In this document: piece after piece, positions 1-8,576 of the stretch | Numbering within the stretch: position 1 is the first letter of the stretch | Layout: every line of letters begins with the position of its first letter | Source: Marinoscillum sp. | Lineage (GTDB): Bacteria > Bacteroidota > Bacteroidia > Cytophagales > Cyclobacteriaceae | Direction: 5' to 3' | DNA length: 45,690 bases | Assembly: GCA_047633875.1 (NCBI GenBank) | Contig: JBLIFO010000001.1 | Coordinates: 1-45,690 of the forward strand | Translations under genes and position numbers: made by a program | The notes under the pieces: generated by a model | Seen by the model: only the letters and a program-made list of their open reading frames with translations | The model's database searches: none | Told to the model about the DNA's origin: nothing

Positions 1-2
1 CG

Positions 3-2129
3 AATGCGCAATCAGAGCTTGGTGAATTGGATACCTCTTATGTGCAAGACAGTACTTATGTGCTTTCTATTAGCATTTTCGATGAGAATGGGGTCATGCG
101 CTTGCCCGACTTAAAGGAGTGGCGATTTAAGGAAGGAAATGACACTATTTGGGCTGATCCCAAATTTGATCGCTCAGATTGGGTAAAGTTGAGTCCAGAG
201 GAGATAAGTGCAATCGAAGTAAATGAAGATAGGGTATTTGAAGGCTGGTTTACCATTAAAATCAAACTTGATAGTAGCTTCTATAAACAACCCTTATATC
301 TAGGACAGTCAAATACTGCCGCTGCAGATATTTATGTAGATGGTCAGCTTTTTCAATCTTTTGGAAATACCAATTTTAGAGATAAGGAATACAAAGGCAA
401 GCGAAATTTTATCGACTCTCCACAAGGTATTTCTTGGCCTATCAATCAGGAAATATTTCTGGCTGCACATTTTGTGGAGTACCATGAATCATTCTACCAA
501 ATGCCAAAAGGATTTAGCACGCTGGGTCACCAGTCATTTCTCTATTTCTTCAATAAGAAATCATTTCAACGGTTTCAAAATGTACATTTAAGTCATAATA
601 GGCTAGGTGTCATCATCATCACAACGCTATCGATCTTAGTAATATTATTCTGGCTCATCGTATTGTTTAATAGGTCACAAGTACACATGATCTATTTGGC
701 TACCACCACCACACTTTTCCTTTTACCCACCTTATTTTCTTTTTTGGGTAGTTTTTCAACATCTACCTCCAATTTGACATTCTTTTTGGAGGTCTTAGAA
801 TTTCCCGTAGCAGTCGCATTCATGTCTTCTTTTATTTTCCTTATTGCTAATATTCTCGGGGTTCGAGTACACTGGCTGATAAAACTTTATGTCACGGTGG
901 GTATTTTGATATCATTTAGTGGTTACTTTCTCTCAGAAATCACAAAGCATTATGCCATGGCTATGGCGATCCCTGTTGCAGCAACATGCCTCTATTATTT
1001 AATAAGATATCGGAAAAACTTAAAAGGTCCGAAAGCTATCATAGTTTATGGCCTATTACTGACATTATCATTAGGTATTTTTTTCCGGTTGTTTCCCATA
1101 TTAGAATCATACTACGTGCCTTTTGCTCTTCCCTTAAGTCTATTGGTATATTTAGCCTTCTGGCTAAAAGACATGATCCGGGATATTCATGATAAAGCAG
1201 ATGAAGTAGTCCGAGTATCTAATGAAAAAAAGGAACTGGTGGAAAACCAAAATGTGATCTTAGAAAATCAAGTTTCAGAAAGAACCTCCGAACTGAATCA
1301 ATCCTTGGAAAACCTCAAATCCACCCAAACCCAGCTCGTCCACTCCGAAAAAATGGCTTCCCTCGGAGAATTAACAGCTGGTATTGCCCATGAGATTCAA
1401 AACCCCCTCAACTTCGTCAATAACTTCTCCGATCTGAATAAGGAACTACTCGAAGAACTCAAAGATGCAGTTGCACAGAATGATCAGGAAGAAGTAACCG
1501 CCATCATTAAAGACCTCTCCGAAAACGAACTAAAGATCAATCACCACGGCAAGCGCGCCGAGGAGATTGTCAAAAGCATGCTTCAGCATTCGCGCACGGG
1601 CAGTGGAGAGAAAGAACTTACAGATATCAATGCGCTAGCTGATGAATACCTGCGCCTCTCGTATCATGGATTGAGAGCCAAAGACAAATCCTTCAATGCG
1701 GACTTCAAAGAGGAGCTTGACCCTGAGTTACCAAAAATCAAAGTAATTCCACAGGACATTGGGCGTGTGATTCTGAATCTGATCAACAATGCTTTTCAAG
1801 CAGTGAAGGGTGTGGAGAAGCCGCTTGTACTGGTGTCTACGAAGAAAATCCCCCTAGCCCCCTTTGAAAAGGGGGATTCTTCCAAATCCCCCCTTGAGGG
1901 GGGACAAAGGGGGGTGTTGATCACAGTCTCAGACAATGGCTCAGGAATTCCAGATAATATTAGAGAGAAGATATTCCAACCATTCTTTACCACTAAGCCT
2001 ACAGGCCAAGGAACAGGACTCGGCTTGAGTATGAGCTATGATATAGTGACTAAGGGTCATGGAGGGACAATCGAAGTAGAGAGTGAAGAGGGGATAGGGA
2101 CAAAATTTACAATGCACTTACCAATTTGA
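3..2129 (+). CDS. Membrane sensor histidine kinase (extracytoplasmic beta-domain, several TM helices, HisKA, HATPase); 5' end probably outside the window
   Basis: H-box [24 protein letters not shown]-box NLINNA, G-boxes DNGSG and GQGTGLGLS. The frame is open back to base 3 (NAQSELGEL), so the TTG at 27 is probably not the true start. Confidence 0.93.
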   Translation, partial: NAQSELGELDTSYVQDSTYVLSISIFDENGVMRLPDLKEWRFKEGNDTIWADPKFDRSDWVKLSPEEISAIEVNEDRVFEGWFTIKIKLDSSFYKQPLYLGQSNTAAADIYVDGQLFQSFGNTNFRDKEYKGKRNFIDSPQGISWPINQEIFLAAHFVEYHESFYQMPKGFSTLGHQSFLYFFNKKSFQRFQNVHLSHNRLGVIIITTLSILVILFWLIVLFNRSQVHMIYLATTTTLFLLPTLFSFLGSFSTSTSNLTFFLEVLEFPVAVAFMSSFIFLIANILGVRVHWLIKLYVTVGILISFSGYFLSEITKHYAMAMAIPVAATCLYYLIRYRKNLKGPKAIIVYGLLLTLSLGIFFRLFPILESYYVPFALPLSLLVYLAFWLKDMIRDIHDKADEVVRVSNEKKELVENQNVILENQVSERTSELNQSLENLKSTQTQLVHSEKMASLGELTAGIAHEIQNPLNFVNNFSDLNKELLEELKDAVAQNDQEEVTAIIKDLSENELKINHHGKRAEEIVKSMLQHSRTGSGEKELTDINALADEYLRLSYHGLRAKDKSFNADFKEELDPELPKIKVIPQDIGRVILNLINNAFQAVKGVEKPLVLVSTKKIPLAPFEKGDSSKSPLEGGQRGVLITVSDNGSGIPDNIREKIFQPFFTTKPTGQGTGLGLSMSYDIVTKGHGGTIEVESEEGIGTKFTMHLPI
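1848..1916. repeat. GC-rich multi-hairpin (REP-like) element translated in frame within kinase 1
   Basis: CCCCCTTT-GA-AAAGGGGG (1858-1875) and TCCCCCCT-TG-AGGGGGGA (1887-1904); encodes [23 protein letters not shown]. Confidence 0.75.
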
Positions 2130-2131
2130 GT

Positions 2132-4141
2132 ATGATAAAAAACATTTGTCTAATAGTCATTTTAGTTAGTTGCGGGCTATTTGGCTATAGCCAAAATCAG
2201 TACGCAGATAGTTTAAGATCTGTTTTAAAAACAACAACAGATCCTGTTGACAGGTTTGACCTGCTTAACAATATCCTTTTGGACATTACCAGTTATCGGG
2301 GGAGTAATATTGATTCACTAACAACTATGCAGATGGTTCAGGTTGCTCAGAAGCAAAATAATGATTCCCTATCAGCCATTTCTTACAATTGGTTGGCTTC
2401 ATATTTCTACCAACAAAAAGGAGATAATGCTACAGCCTTGGAATATTATTTTAAAGCCATTCCTCTAGCTGAGACAACAAATGATAAACGACGGATAAGC
2501 TCTATATATTTTGACATGGCTTTGGTCTATTTCGAGATGCTTGATTATGAAATGGCGCTAGAAGTGACGCGAAAAGGTGGAGAAAACCTACCTGACAAAG
2601 CCCACCCAATGTATTATTTCATGCTGATTCAATACCAAGCAAACCTTGTTCAATATTTTCTTATCAAAAATAATCCGGACTCTGCATTTCATTATGCCTT
2701 GGAATCTCGAGAAACTTTAGCGCATTTTAACAAGGGTAGCTCGTACATTTTCTTAGACTATACCAACTTTGCTGCGGCTCATGCCATTTTGGGTAATACA
2801 CTAGATGCTGATGAATACTTCAAAGGCGCACTTACCCTACAAGATTCTATCGAAAACATTACTTCTCAGTTGTATTTCTTCAACGTTTATATTCCATTTC
2901 TCTTGGCTAATGGCAGATATGCAGAAGGGGTCAGTGAAAGTAATAAACTTTTATACATGGGTTTTCAGGCCGACAATAACAACCTTAAACTGGCAGGAGC
3001 CGCTTTTTTGAGACAGTTCTATGATGCTCTAAATCAAATAGATAGTGCCTATTATTATTCTCGATTGGAGTCGACAATCAGTTCTCAAATTTTCAGCCAA
3101 GAAAACAAAAACAAAGTACAGTCATTGGTATTTAACAACCAATTGAGAAGTCTTGAAGAAGAAAGTAAAGCTGTAGCTTATCAAAATCAACTCAAGCAAT
3201 ACAGCCTAATCGGTGGTCTGTGCATGACATTTTTAATCGTTCTGATCCTGTTCTATAATAACCGGCAGAAGCAACGTGGAAATAAAGTTTTAGAAACAAC
3301 ATTAGCCAATCTCAAATCCACCCAATCCCAACTTATCCACTCAGAGAAAATGGCCTCCCTCGGAGAGCTCACAGCAGGTATAGCCCATGAGATACAAAAC
3401 CCATTGAACTTTGTCAACAACTTTTCTGATCTGAATAAAGAGCTGATTGATGAGCAGTTGGAGGAAATTGAAAAGGGAGATTGGGAAGAAACCAAAGCCT
3501 TGGCACTGAGCATCAAGGAAAATGAGACTAAGATTACCTTCCACGGCAAGCGAGCTGAGGAGATTGTCAAAAGCATGCTTCAGCATTCGCGAAATGGAAG
3601 TGGAGAGAAAGAACTCACAGATATTAATGCCTTGGCAGATGAATACCTTCGTCTTTCCTATCATGGACTTAGGGCCAAAGACAAATCCTTCAACGCAGAC
3701 TTCAGAGCAGAACTAGATCCTGATTTACCCAAAGTGAAGGTGATCCCGCAGGACATTGGGCGTGTGATTCTGAATCTGATCAACAATGCCTTCCAAGCGG
3801 TGAAGGGAGTAGAAAAGCCAGAAGTGGTTGTAACTACTAAGAAAATCCCACTAACCCCCTTTGAAAAGGGGGACTCAACAAAATCCCCTCTTGAGGGAGG
3901 GCGGTCCGACGTTTCGGCTAGGGGGGTGTTGATCACAGTCTCGGACAATGGCTCAGGAATTCCAGATAATATCAGAGAGAAGATTTTCCAACCATTCTTC
4001 ACCACCAAGCCTACAGGCCAAGGAACAGGACTTGGTCTGAGTATGAGTTATGATATAGTGACTAAGGGTCATGGAGGGACTATTAGTGTGGAGAGCGAGG
4101 AAGGAAAGGGTACTAAGTTTATTATTCTTTTACCAGTCTGA
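2132..4141 (+). CDS. Sensor histidine kinase with TPR-like periplasmic region
   Basis: Signal peptide, helical repeats ([13 protein letters not shown]), one TM helix, and the same H/N/G boxes as kinase 1. ATG 2132 preferred over TTG 2126. Confidence 0.93.
   Translation: MIKNICLIVILVSCGLFGYSQNQYADSLRSVLKTTTDPVDRFDLLNNILLDITSYRGSNIDSLTTMQMVQVAQKQNNDSLSAISYNWLASYFYQQKGDNATALEYYFKAIPLAETTNDKRRISSIYFDMALVYFEMLDYEMALEVTRKGGENLPDKAHPMYYFMLIQYQANLVQYFLIKNNPDSAFHYALESRETLAHFNKGSSYIFLDYTNFAAAHAILGNTLDADEYFKGALTLQDSIENITSQLYFFNVYIPFLLANGRYAEGVSESNKLLYMGFQADNNNLKLAGAAFLRQFYDALNQIDSAYYYSRLESTISSQIFSQENKNKVQSLVFNNQLRSLEEESKAVAYQNQLKQYSLIGGLCMTFLIVLILFYNNRQKQRGNKVLETTLANLKSTQSQLIHSEKMASLGELTAGIAHEIQNPLNFVNNFSDLNKELIDEQLEEIEKGDWEETKALALSIKENETKITFHGKRAEEIVKSMLQHSRNGSGEKELTDINALADEYLRLSYHGLRAKDKSFNADFRAELDPDLPKVKVIPQDIGRVILNLINNAFQAVKGVEKPEVVVTTKKIPLTPFEKGDSTKSPLEGGRSDVSARGVLITVSDNGSGIPDNIREKIFQPFFTTKPTGQGTGLGLSMSYDIVTKGHGGTISVESEEGKGTKFIILLPV
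3845..3928. repeat. Second in-frame palindromic element, within kinase 2
   Basis: Same position and hairpins as 1848-1916, 15 nt longer and with an extra mini-hairpin CCGA-CGTT-TCGG; frame is preserved. Confidence 0.75.
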
Positions 4142-4262
4142 ATCACTGATTTAGAGGATTAAAGGATGACACGGATTATGAAATGAATCAAGAATTAAAA
4201 GACTTGTACTCTAAAATGAAATCAGTGAAATTTATCAATCCTTTTAAATCCGTGATGCTGAC
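4136..4262 (+). mobile_element. Non-autonomous (internally deleted) copy of the GxxExxY element
   Basis: IR-L 4136-4177 and IR-R 4220-4262 match those of 4354-4829. The interior keeps only the gene start (ATGAATCAAGAATTAAAA) and end (GACTTGTACTCTAA). Confidence 0.75.
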
Positions 4263-4266
4263 GAAA

Positions 4267-4359
4267 TATGATACCGTGACTAAAGGCCATGGAGGAACGA
4301 TCAGCGTGGAAAGTGAAGAAGGAAAAGGAACGAAGTTTATAATTTCAATACCCGTCTGA
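4267..4359 (+). pseudogene. Orphan histidine-kinase 3' tail, copy 1
   Basis: Translates [30 protein letters not shown], homologous to 4049-4141. Confidence 0.85.
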
Positions 4360-4829
4360 ATCACTGATTCAGAAGATTAAAGGATGACACGGATTATGAG
4401 ATGCAGCAAGAATTAAAATATAGTGACATAACGGAAAAGATCATTGGAGCTTCTTTTGAGGTTCACAAATTCTTTGGAAACGGATTTCAGGAAGTTATAT
4501 ATCAGCGTGCGTTAGCTTATGAATTTTCTCAGCTTAACCTTGATTTTGCTAGAGAAATAGAGCAAGAAATTTATCACAAAGAACTACGAGAACCCATTGG
4601 AACTCGAAGAGCAGATTTCGTAGTAGAGGGAAAAGTATTGGTAGAAATAAAGGCCGTAATAAATTTGGAAGATGTCCATTTGGCTCAAGTTCTTAATTAT
4701 TTGAAAGCTTATAAATTGGATGTAGGCTTACTTATTAACTTCGGAAGTAAAAGTCTTACCTTCAAACGATTAGTACTCTAAAATGAAATCAGTGAAATCT
4801 ATTAATGCTTTTAAATCCGTGATGCTGAC
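4354..4829 (+). mobile_element. Putative GxxExxY-nuclease element bounded by ~43-bp imperfect inverted repeats
   Basis: GTCTGAATCACTGATT...GACACGGATT (4354-4395) is imperfectly complementary to AATCAGTGAA...AATCCGTGATGCTGAC (4787-4829); kinase-tail copies lie on both sides. Confidence 0.7.
4401..4781 (+). CDS. GxxExxY protein (PD-(D/E)XK nuclease superfamily)
   Basis: GFQEVIY signature, RADFVVEGKVLVEIKA catalytic-type motif, QVLNYLK and GLLINFG. Confidence 0.93.
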   Translation: MQQELKYSDITEKIIGASFEVHKFFGNGFQEVIYQRALAYEFSQLNLDFAREIEQEIYHKELREPIGTRRADFVVEGKVLVEIKAVINLEDVHLAQVLNYLKAYKLDVGLLINFGSKSLTFKRLVL

Positions 4830-4833
4830 TATT

Positions 4834-4929
4834 TATGATATCATAACAAAAGGGCACAACGGAGAGATTAAGGTAGAGAGCAAAGAAGGAGAAGTAACAA
4901 AATTTATTATTTCATTACCAATTCACTAA
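4834..4929 (+). pseudogene. Orphan histidine-kinase 3' tail, copy 2 (probable original gene end)
   Basis: Translates YDIITKGHNGEIKVESKEGEVTKFIISLPIH*, ending 10 nt before the response regulator. Confidence 0.85.
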
Positions 4930-4939
4930 AGCCAACAAA

Positions 4940-5317
4940 ATGAGAATACTCGTAGTAGATGACGAAAAAGACATTCAGCCTTTATTTCAGCAGCGATTTC
5001 GCAAAGAAATCAGAGACAAGGAAATAGAAATAGAATTTGTGCTTTCTGGAGAAGAAGCACTCGAGTACATTGAGAAACATGGATACGAAAACAGTCTTAT
5101 CCTTTCTGATATCAATATGCCAGGGATGAGTGGTTTAGAACTTCTTGAGAAAGTTCGTAAAACCTACACACCACCGCCCCCAATTATCATGATGATATCT
5201 GCCTATGGCGATCAAGAAAACCGTGACACTGCCCACGATTTAGGAGCTGAGGAATTCTTCACAAAACCCCTTGACTTCAATCTACTGAAAGAAAGAATCA
5301 AAACACTGAACCAATGA
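4940..5317 (+). CDS. Single-domain response regulator
   Basis: ILVVDDE, SDINMPGMSG, ISAYG, TKP. Confidence 0.93.
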   Translation: MRILVVDDEKDIQPLFQQRFRKEIRDKEIEIEFVLSGEEALEYIEKHGYENSLILSDINMPGMSGLELLEKVRKTYTPPPPIIMMISAYGDQENRDTAHDLGAEEFFTKPLDFNLLKERIKTLNQ

Positions 5318-6468
5318 CCAGAATTCTTGTAGTAGACGATGAGCCAGACTTAGAGGCGTTGATAAGACAGAGATTTCGAAAGCAAATCAAGGAAAGTGAC
5401 TATGACTTCCTATTTGCTGGCAATGGCCGTGAGGCTCTAGCATCTCTTGAGAAAAACACAGATGTCGACTTGGTATTGACTGATATCAATATGCCCGAAA
5501 TGGACGGTTTGACACTCTTGTCAGAACTGAATAACAAGAATTACTTCCTTGAAACGGTCATCGTCTCAGCCTATGGAGATATGGATAACATCCGCACAGC
5601 CATGAACCTTGGTGCCTTTGACTTCATCACCAAGCCTATAGACTTCAAAGATCTTGAGGTGACCATGTCTAAGACCATCAAGCATGTACTTCAACTCAAA
5701 GAAAACGCCGAAACCCTTAGGGAAAATGACACGCTAAAGATCTATCTGAACGAGATCAACGCCCAGAAAAAGCTAAAGGATCGCTTTTTTGCAATCATTT
5801 CACATGACTTGAGAGGACCGGTGAATTCCTTTCAAGGATTGACTACCATCTTAGAAAATTATATTCAGAAAAAGAAATACGAACAACTAGAAGGAATGAT
5901 CACAGAAGTGGGACAAGCCACGAATCAGCTTTCTAGGCTCTTGGACAACTTATTGAATTGGGCTTCTTCTGAGCTCAGTATTATACCTTATGAGCCTGTA
6001 AAAATCGATGCAGCTCAAATGATAGATGATTTGATCCAAATCTTTCACTCCTCTGCCAAGGTTAAGGATATTGCGATGACTAGCCATATCAAACCTGAAA
6101 CTTACATCTGGGCAGATATGAATACTACGCTGACCATTTTTAGAAATCTGATCAACAACGCGCTCAAATTCACAGAGGAGAATGGAGCAATAGAAATCTC
6201 AGCGCAACCTGATGCAGAGTTCTTGGCGATTTCTATCAAAGATTCGGGAATTGGTGTTTCTCAAGATAAACTAACCGAAATCTTCAAGCTGTCCGGGCAG
6301 TCTAGCACTTTTGGAACTCAAGGAGAAAAGGGCGTAGGGCTTGGTTTGCCTCTAGTGAGTGAATTTGTGAAATTGAATAAGGGCAAAGTGCGCGCGGAGA
6401 GTGCCGATGGATCTGGAACCACCTTTATTGTATCACTGCCAGCTAGTAGCGAGTCGGTCAGTCAATAA
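5314..6468 (+). CDS. Hybrid response regulator-histidine kinase (REC-HisKA-HATPase)
   Basis: N-terminal REC (TDINMPEMDG), SHDLRGP, NLINNALKFT, GVGLGL; ATGA overlap with the upstream gene. Confidence 0.92.
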   Translation: MTRILVVDDEPDLEALIRQRFRKQIKESDYDFLFAGNGREALASLEKNTDVDLVLTDINMPEMDGLTLLSELNNKNYFLETVIVSAYGDMDNIRTAMNLGAFDFITKPIDFKDLEVTMSKTIKHVLQLKENAETLRENDTLKIYLNEINAQKKLKDRFFAIISHDLRGPVNSFQGLTTILENYIQKKKYEQLEGMITEVGQATNQLSRLLDNLLNWASSELSIIPYEPVKIDAAQMIDDLIQIFHSSAKVKDIAMTSHIKPETYIWADMNTTLTIFRNLINNALKFTEENGAIEISAQPDAEFLAISIKDSGIGVSQDKLTEIFKLSGQSSTFGTQGEKGVGLGLPLVSEFVKLNKGKVRAESADGSGTTFIVSLPASSESVSQ

Positions 6469-6838
6469 TTTCTCGGATCAGTTTACCAAGTCTTTCAGCA
6501 TTGGTAACGTGACCTTTATTAATATATCCCGCCACACCTTTCACCTTCTCCTCTGGGGTAAAATTCAGCGATGAGATAATAATGATTTTTGGAGGCTTAT
6601 CCATTTTCTTGAGCCTTGGACCAATCCAATCGACTAGATAGTTTCCATCCACATATGGCATCTCCATATCCAAAAACAATATATCAGGATTCACATCAAA
6701 AATAGCCTTTGCACCTTGAATAGGGTTATTATAAGTAGCGACTAAATTCAACCAATCCAGCGATTCAATATAGATATCTAATGTTCGCAAAAACAGTGGA
6801 TCATCGTCAATGGCGAGACAATTGTAGGTAGTAGACAT
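6458..6838 (-). CDS. Single-domain response regulator (LytR-like receiver without output domain)
   Basis: CLAIDDD, PDILFLDMEMP, IIISS. Confidence 0.88.
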   Translation of the reverse strand: MSTTYNCLAIDDDPLFLRTLDIYIESLDWLNLVATYNNPIQGAKAIFDVNPDILFLDMEMPYVDGNYLVDWIGPRLKKMDKPPKIIIISSLNFTPEEKVKGVAGYINKGHVTNAERLGKLIREIID

Positions 6839-7244
6839 GGTGCTGGGTTTAGTTTATAAATATAGTGCAAAGGAGGTGGAATCTTGAGTATCTATTTCAT
6901 TAGGATGGGGGAGATTTGCATTTTGAAATAGTGCATTATGTAGTGAGCAATGTTTTTTGTTGCCACAGCTTCTGTAAGTCAGTTCTTCCAATTCATCTTT
7001 TTATCAACTGGTCATTACCCCTTGCTTTAGTAAAAAATTACATCTGTCGGAATAGTATTAATGGGCTCTTGTTTTTCTCATTCTGGGAATGAATTTCTCA
7101 TATCGAGAATATGAATATTGTCAAAAGCGCAATTGAGGTGGTTTAATACTGATTAACGATTCTGGAACAGTTTTTCCATGTTAATAGAGCATCAACGTGG
7201 TGAAAGCTACTTTTAATTACTCTATTAACTTAAAATATATAATT

Positions 7245-7760
7245 ATGGAAAACACGATTTTAGAAAACGGAATGGCGGAGATGAAAAAGAGGGTTCATAA
7301 AAAATTAGGTTATTCCACAGGAGGAGCTGCAGAATTGATCATTGTGATGAACACGCTGATAGCCAATTATAGCGTGCATTATCAGAAATTGAGAAACTAT
7401 CATTGGAATGTCAAAGGGCCTGAATTCTTTGATGTTCACGAGAAGTTTGAAGAACAATACAACGAAGCGAAGGTCGACATAGATGATCTCGCCGAACGTG
7501 TACGTGTATTCGGGAGCACTCCTATGAGTACCATGAAAGAGTATCTCGAGAACTCAGACATCCTAGAGACAAGTACAGATTTGAAAGCCATGGAGATGGT
7601 CAAAGAGATTCTAAAAGATTACAGAATCCTACTCGAGCATTTATTTTCACTGGTAGAAGTATCTCTACAGCATGGTGATAGCGGCACTGAGGATCTAGCC
7701 AAACAAATTATCAAAAGGCTAGAGAAACACCATTGGATGATGACATCATTCACCAAATAA
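7245..7760 (+). CDS. dps: Dps family DNA starvation/stationary-phase protection protein
   Basis: HWNVKGPEFFDVHEKFEEQY, DDLAERV, EKHHWM; ATG 7245 preferred. Confidence 0.93.
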   Translation: MENTILENGMAEMKKRVHKKLGYSTGGAAELIIVMNTLIANYSVHYQKLRNYHWNVKGPEFFDVHEKFEEQYNEAKVDIDDLAERVRVFGSTPMSTMKEYLENSDILETSTDLKAMEMVKEILKDYRILLEHLFSLVEVSLQHGDSGTEDLAKQIIKRLEKHHWMMTSFTK

Positions 7761-7788
7761 TCTAAAGTGCCAATCAAATCTATTTTTA

Positions 7789-8068
7789 ACCCCGATTACG
7801 CAACAGAACAATTTTAAAATTTAAGAAAAATATTCTATTGCATAATGCGAATCCACGCCGGAACGAAAAACTTCATAAACATAAAGTTTTTGTCAGGTGA
7901 TGATGCGCAAGCGATCACACTCTGACTGAAACGTCCTGAGGTTAACCGCGCGGCGGACCGCCCAGACAAAGCAAAGCTTTCGTCTGCTGATGACGCTTCA
8001 GTCACAGTCAGACAAGCCATGCTTCGTCTGACCCTTCGGGTAAATTATGCCTAATGCATAACTTGGGT
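7789..8068. mobile_element. MITE-like structured element, long form (280 bp)
   Basis: Imperfect terminal IRs ACCCCGATTACGCA / TGCATAACTTGGGT, flanks TTA/TCA, many internal hairpins; an inverted homologue lies at 37530-37691. Confidence 0.75.
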
Positions 8069-8089
8069 TCAAACTTAAAACAGGAAATT

Positions 8090-8284
8090 ATGAATTTAAT
8101 AAACGACGGAAACTGGAATATTTTAAAAGGAAAACTGAAAATGAAATACGGTGATCTCACTGACAATGAATTGGCGAAATCCGAAGGTGAAGAAGATCAA
8201 GTCATTGGAATACTCCAAGAGAAACTCGGTAAGACCAAGATTGAGATTATCGATGAATTGAAAACGCTACTTTCCGACAACTAA
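8090..8284 (+). CDS. csbD: CsbD family stress-response protein
   Basis: GNWNILKGKLKMKYGDLTDNEL...GILQEKLGKTK. The ATG at 8054 lies inside the MITE, so 8090 was chosen. Confidence 0.88.
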   Translation: MNLINDGNWNILKGKLKMKYGDLTDNELAKSEGEEDQVIGILQEKLGKTKIEIIDELKTLLSDN

Positions 8285-8310
8285 TAATACAAGCAATTTT
8301 CACTTGACAT

Positions 8311-8342
8311 AAATGCTACCCAATTGGGCAGCATTTTTTTTG
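8311..8342 (+). terminator. Intrinsic terminator after csbD
   Basis: AAATGCTACCCA-AT-TGGGCAGCATTT followed by a T-run. Confidence 0.7.
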
Positions 8343-8576
8343 ATACGCCAATAAATGGGTCTTGTTGAATTTAATACATTAGTCTGTTGATTGAGAAAAT
8401 ATTAAGAAAGCAGCTTCAAAGCTTTTATTAATATGAGAACTAAGCATTTACTCGTGTCACGTGTGGGACAAAATAGTTCTCCAAGGCTCAAGAACTCAAA
8501 AAATCAAAGTAATTTCAAAACGAAAACGAGGCTTTTTGTTTAGCAACAGAGCTTATCTCTAGATTAAAATCCCCAC

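Noticed and set aside
4049-4929. DGR template/variable repeat or CRISPR-like array
   Set aside because: Differences between tails are mostly third-position and not adenine-specific. No reverse transcriptase or cas genes are present and there is no regular repeat-spacer period.
7920-8005. Hammerhead ribozyme suggested by CTGATGA and GAAAC...GTC in the long MITE
   Set aside because: The base after CTGATGA (C) cannot pair with the base before GAAA (T), and the stems do not form the required junction.
7835-8020. Short ORFs 7835-8020 and 37418-37645 sharing PDKNFMFMKFFV
   Set aside because: The shared peptide simply reflects the shared MITE DNA; the rest of each ORF is unrelated repeat sequence.
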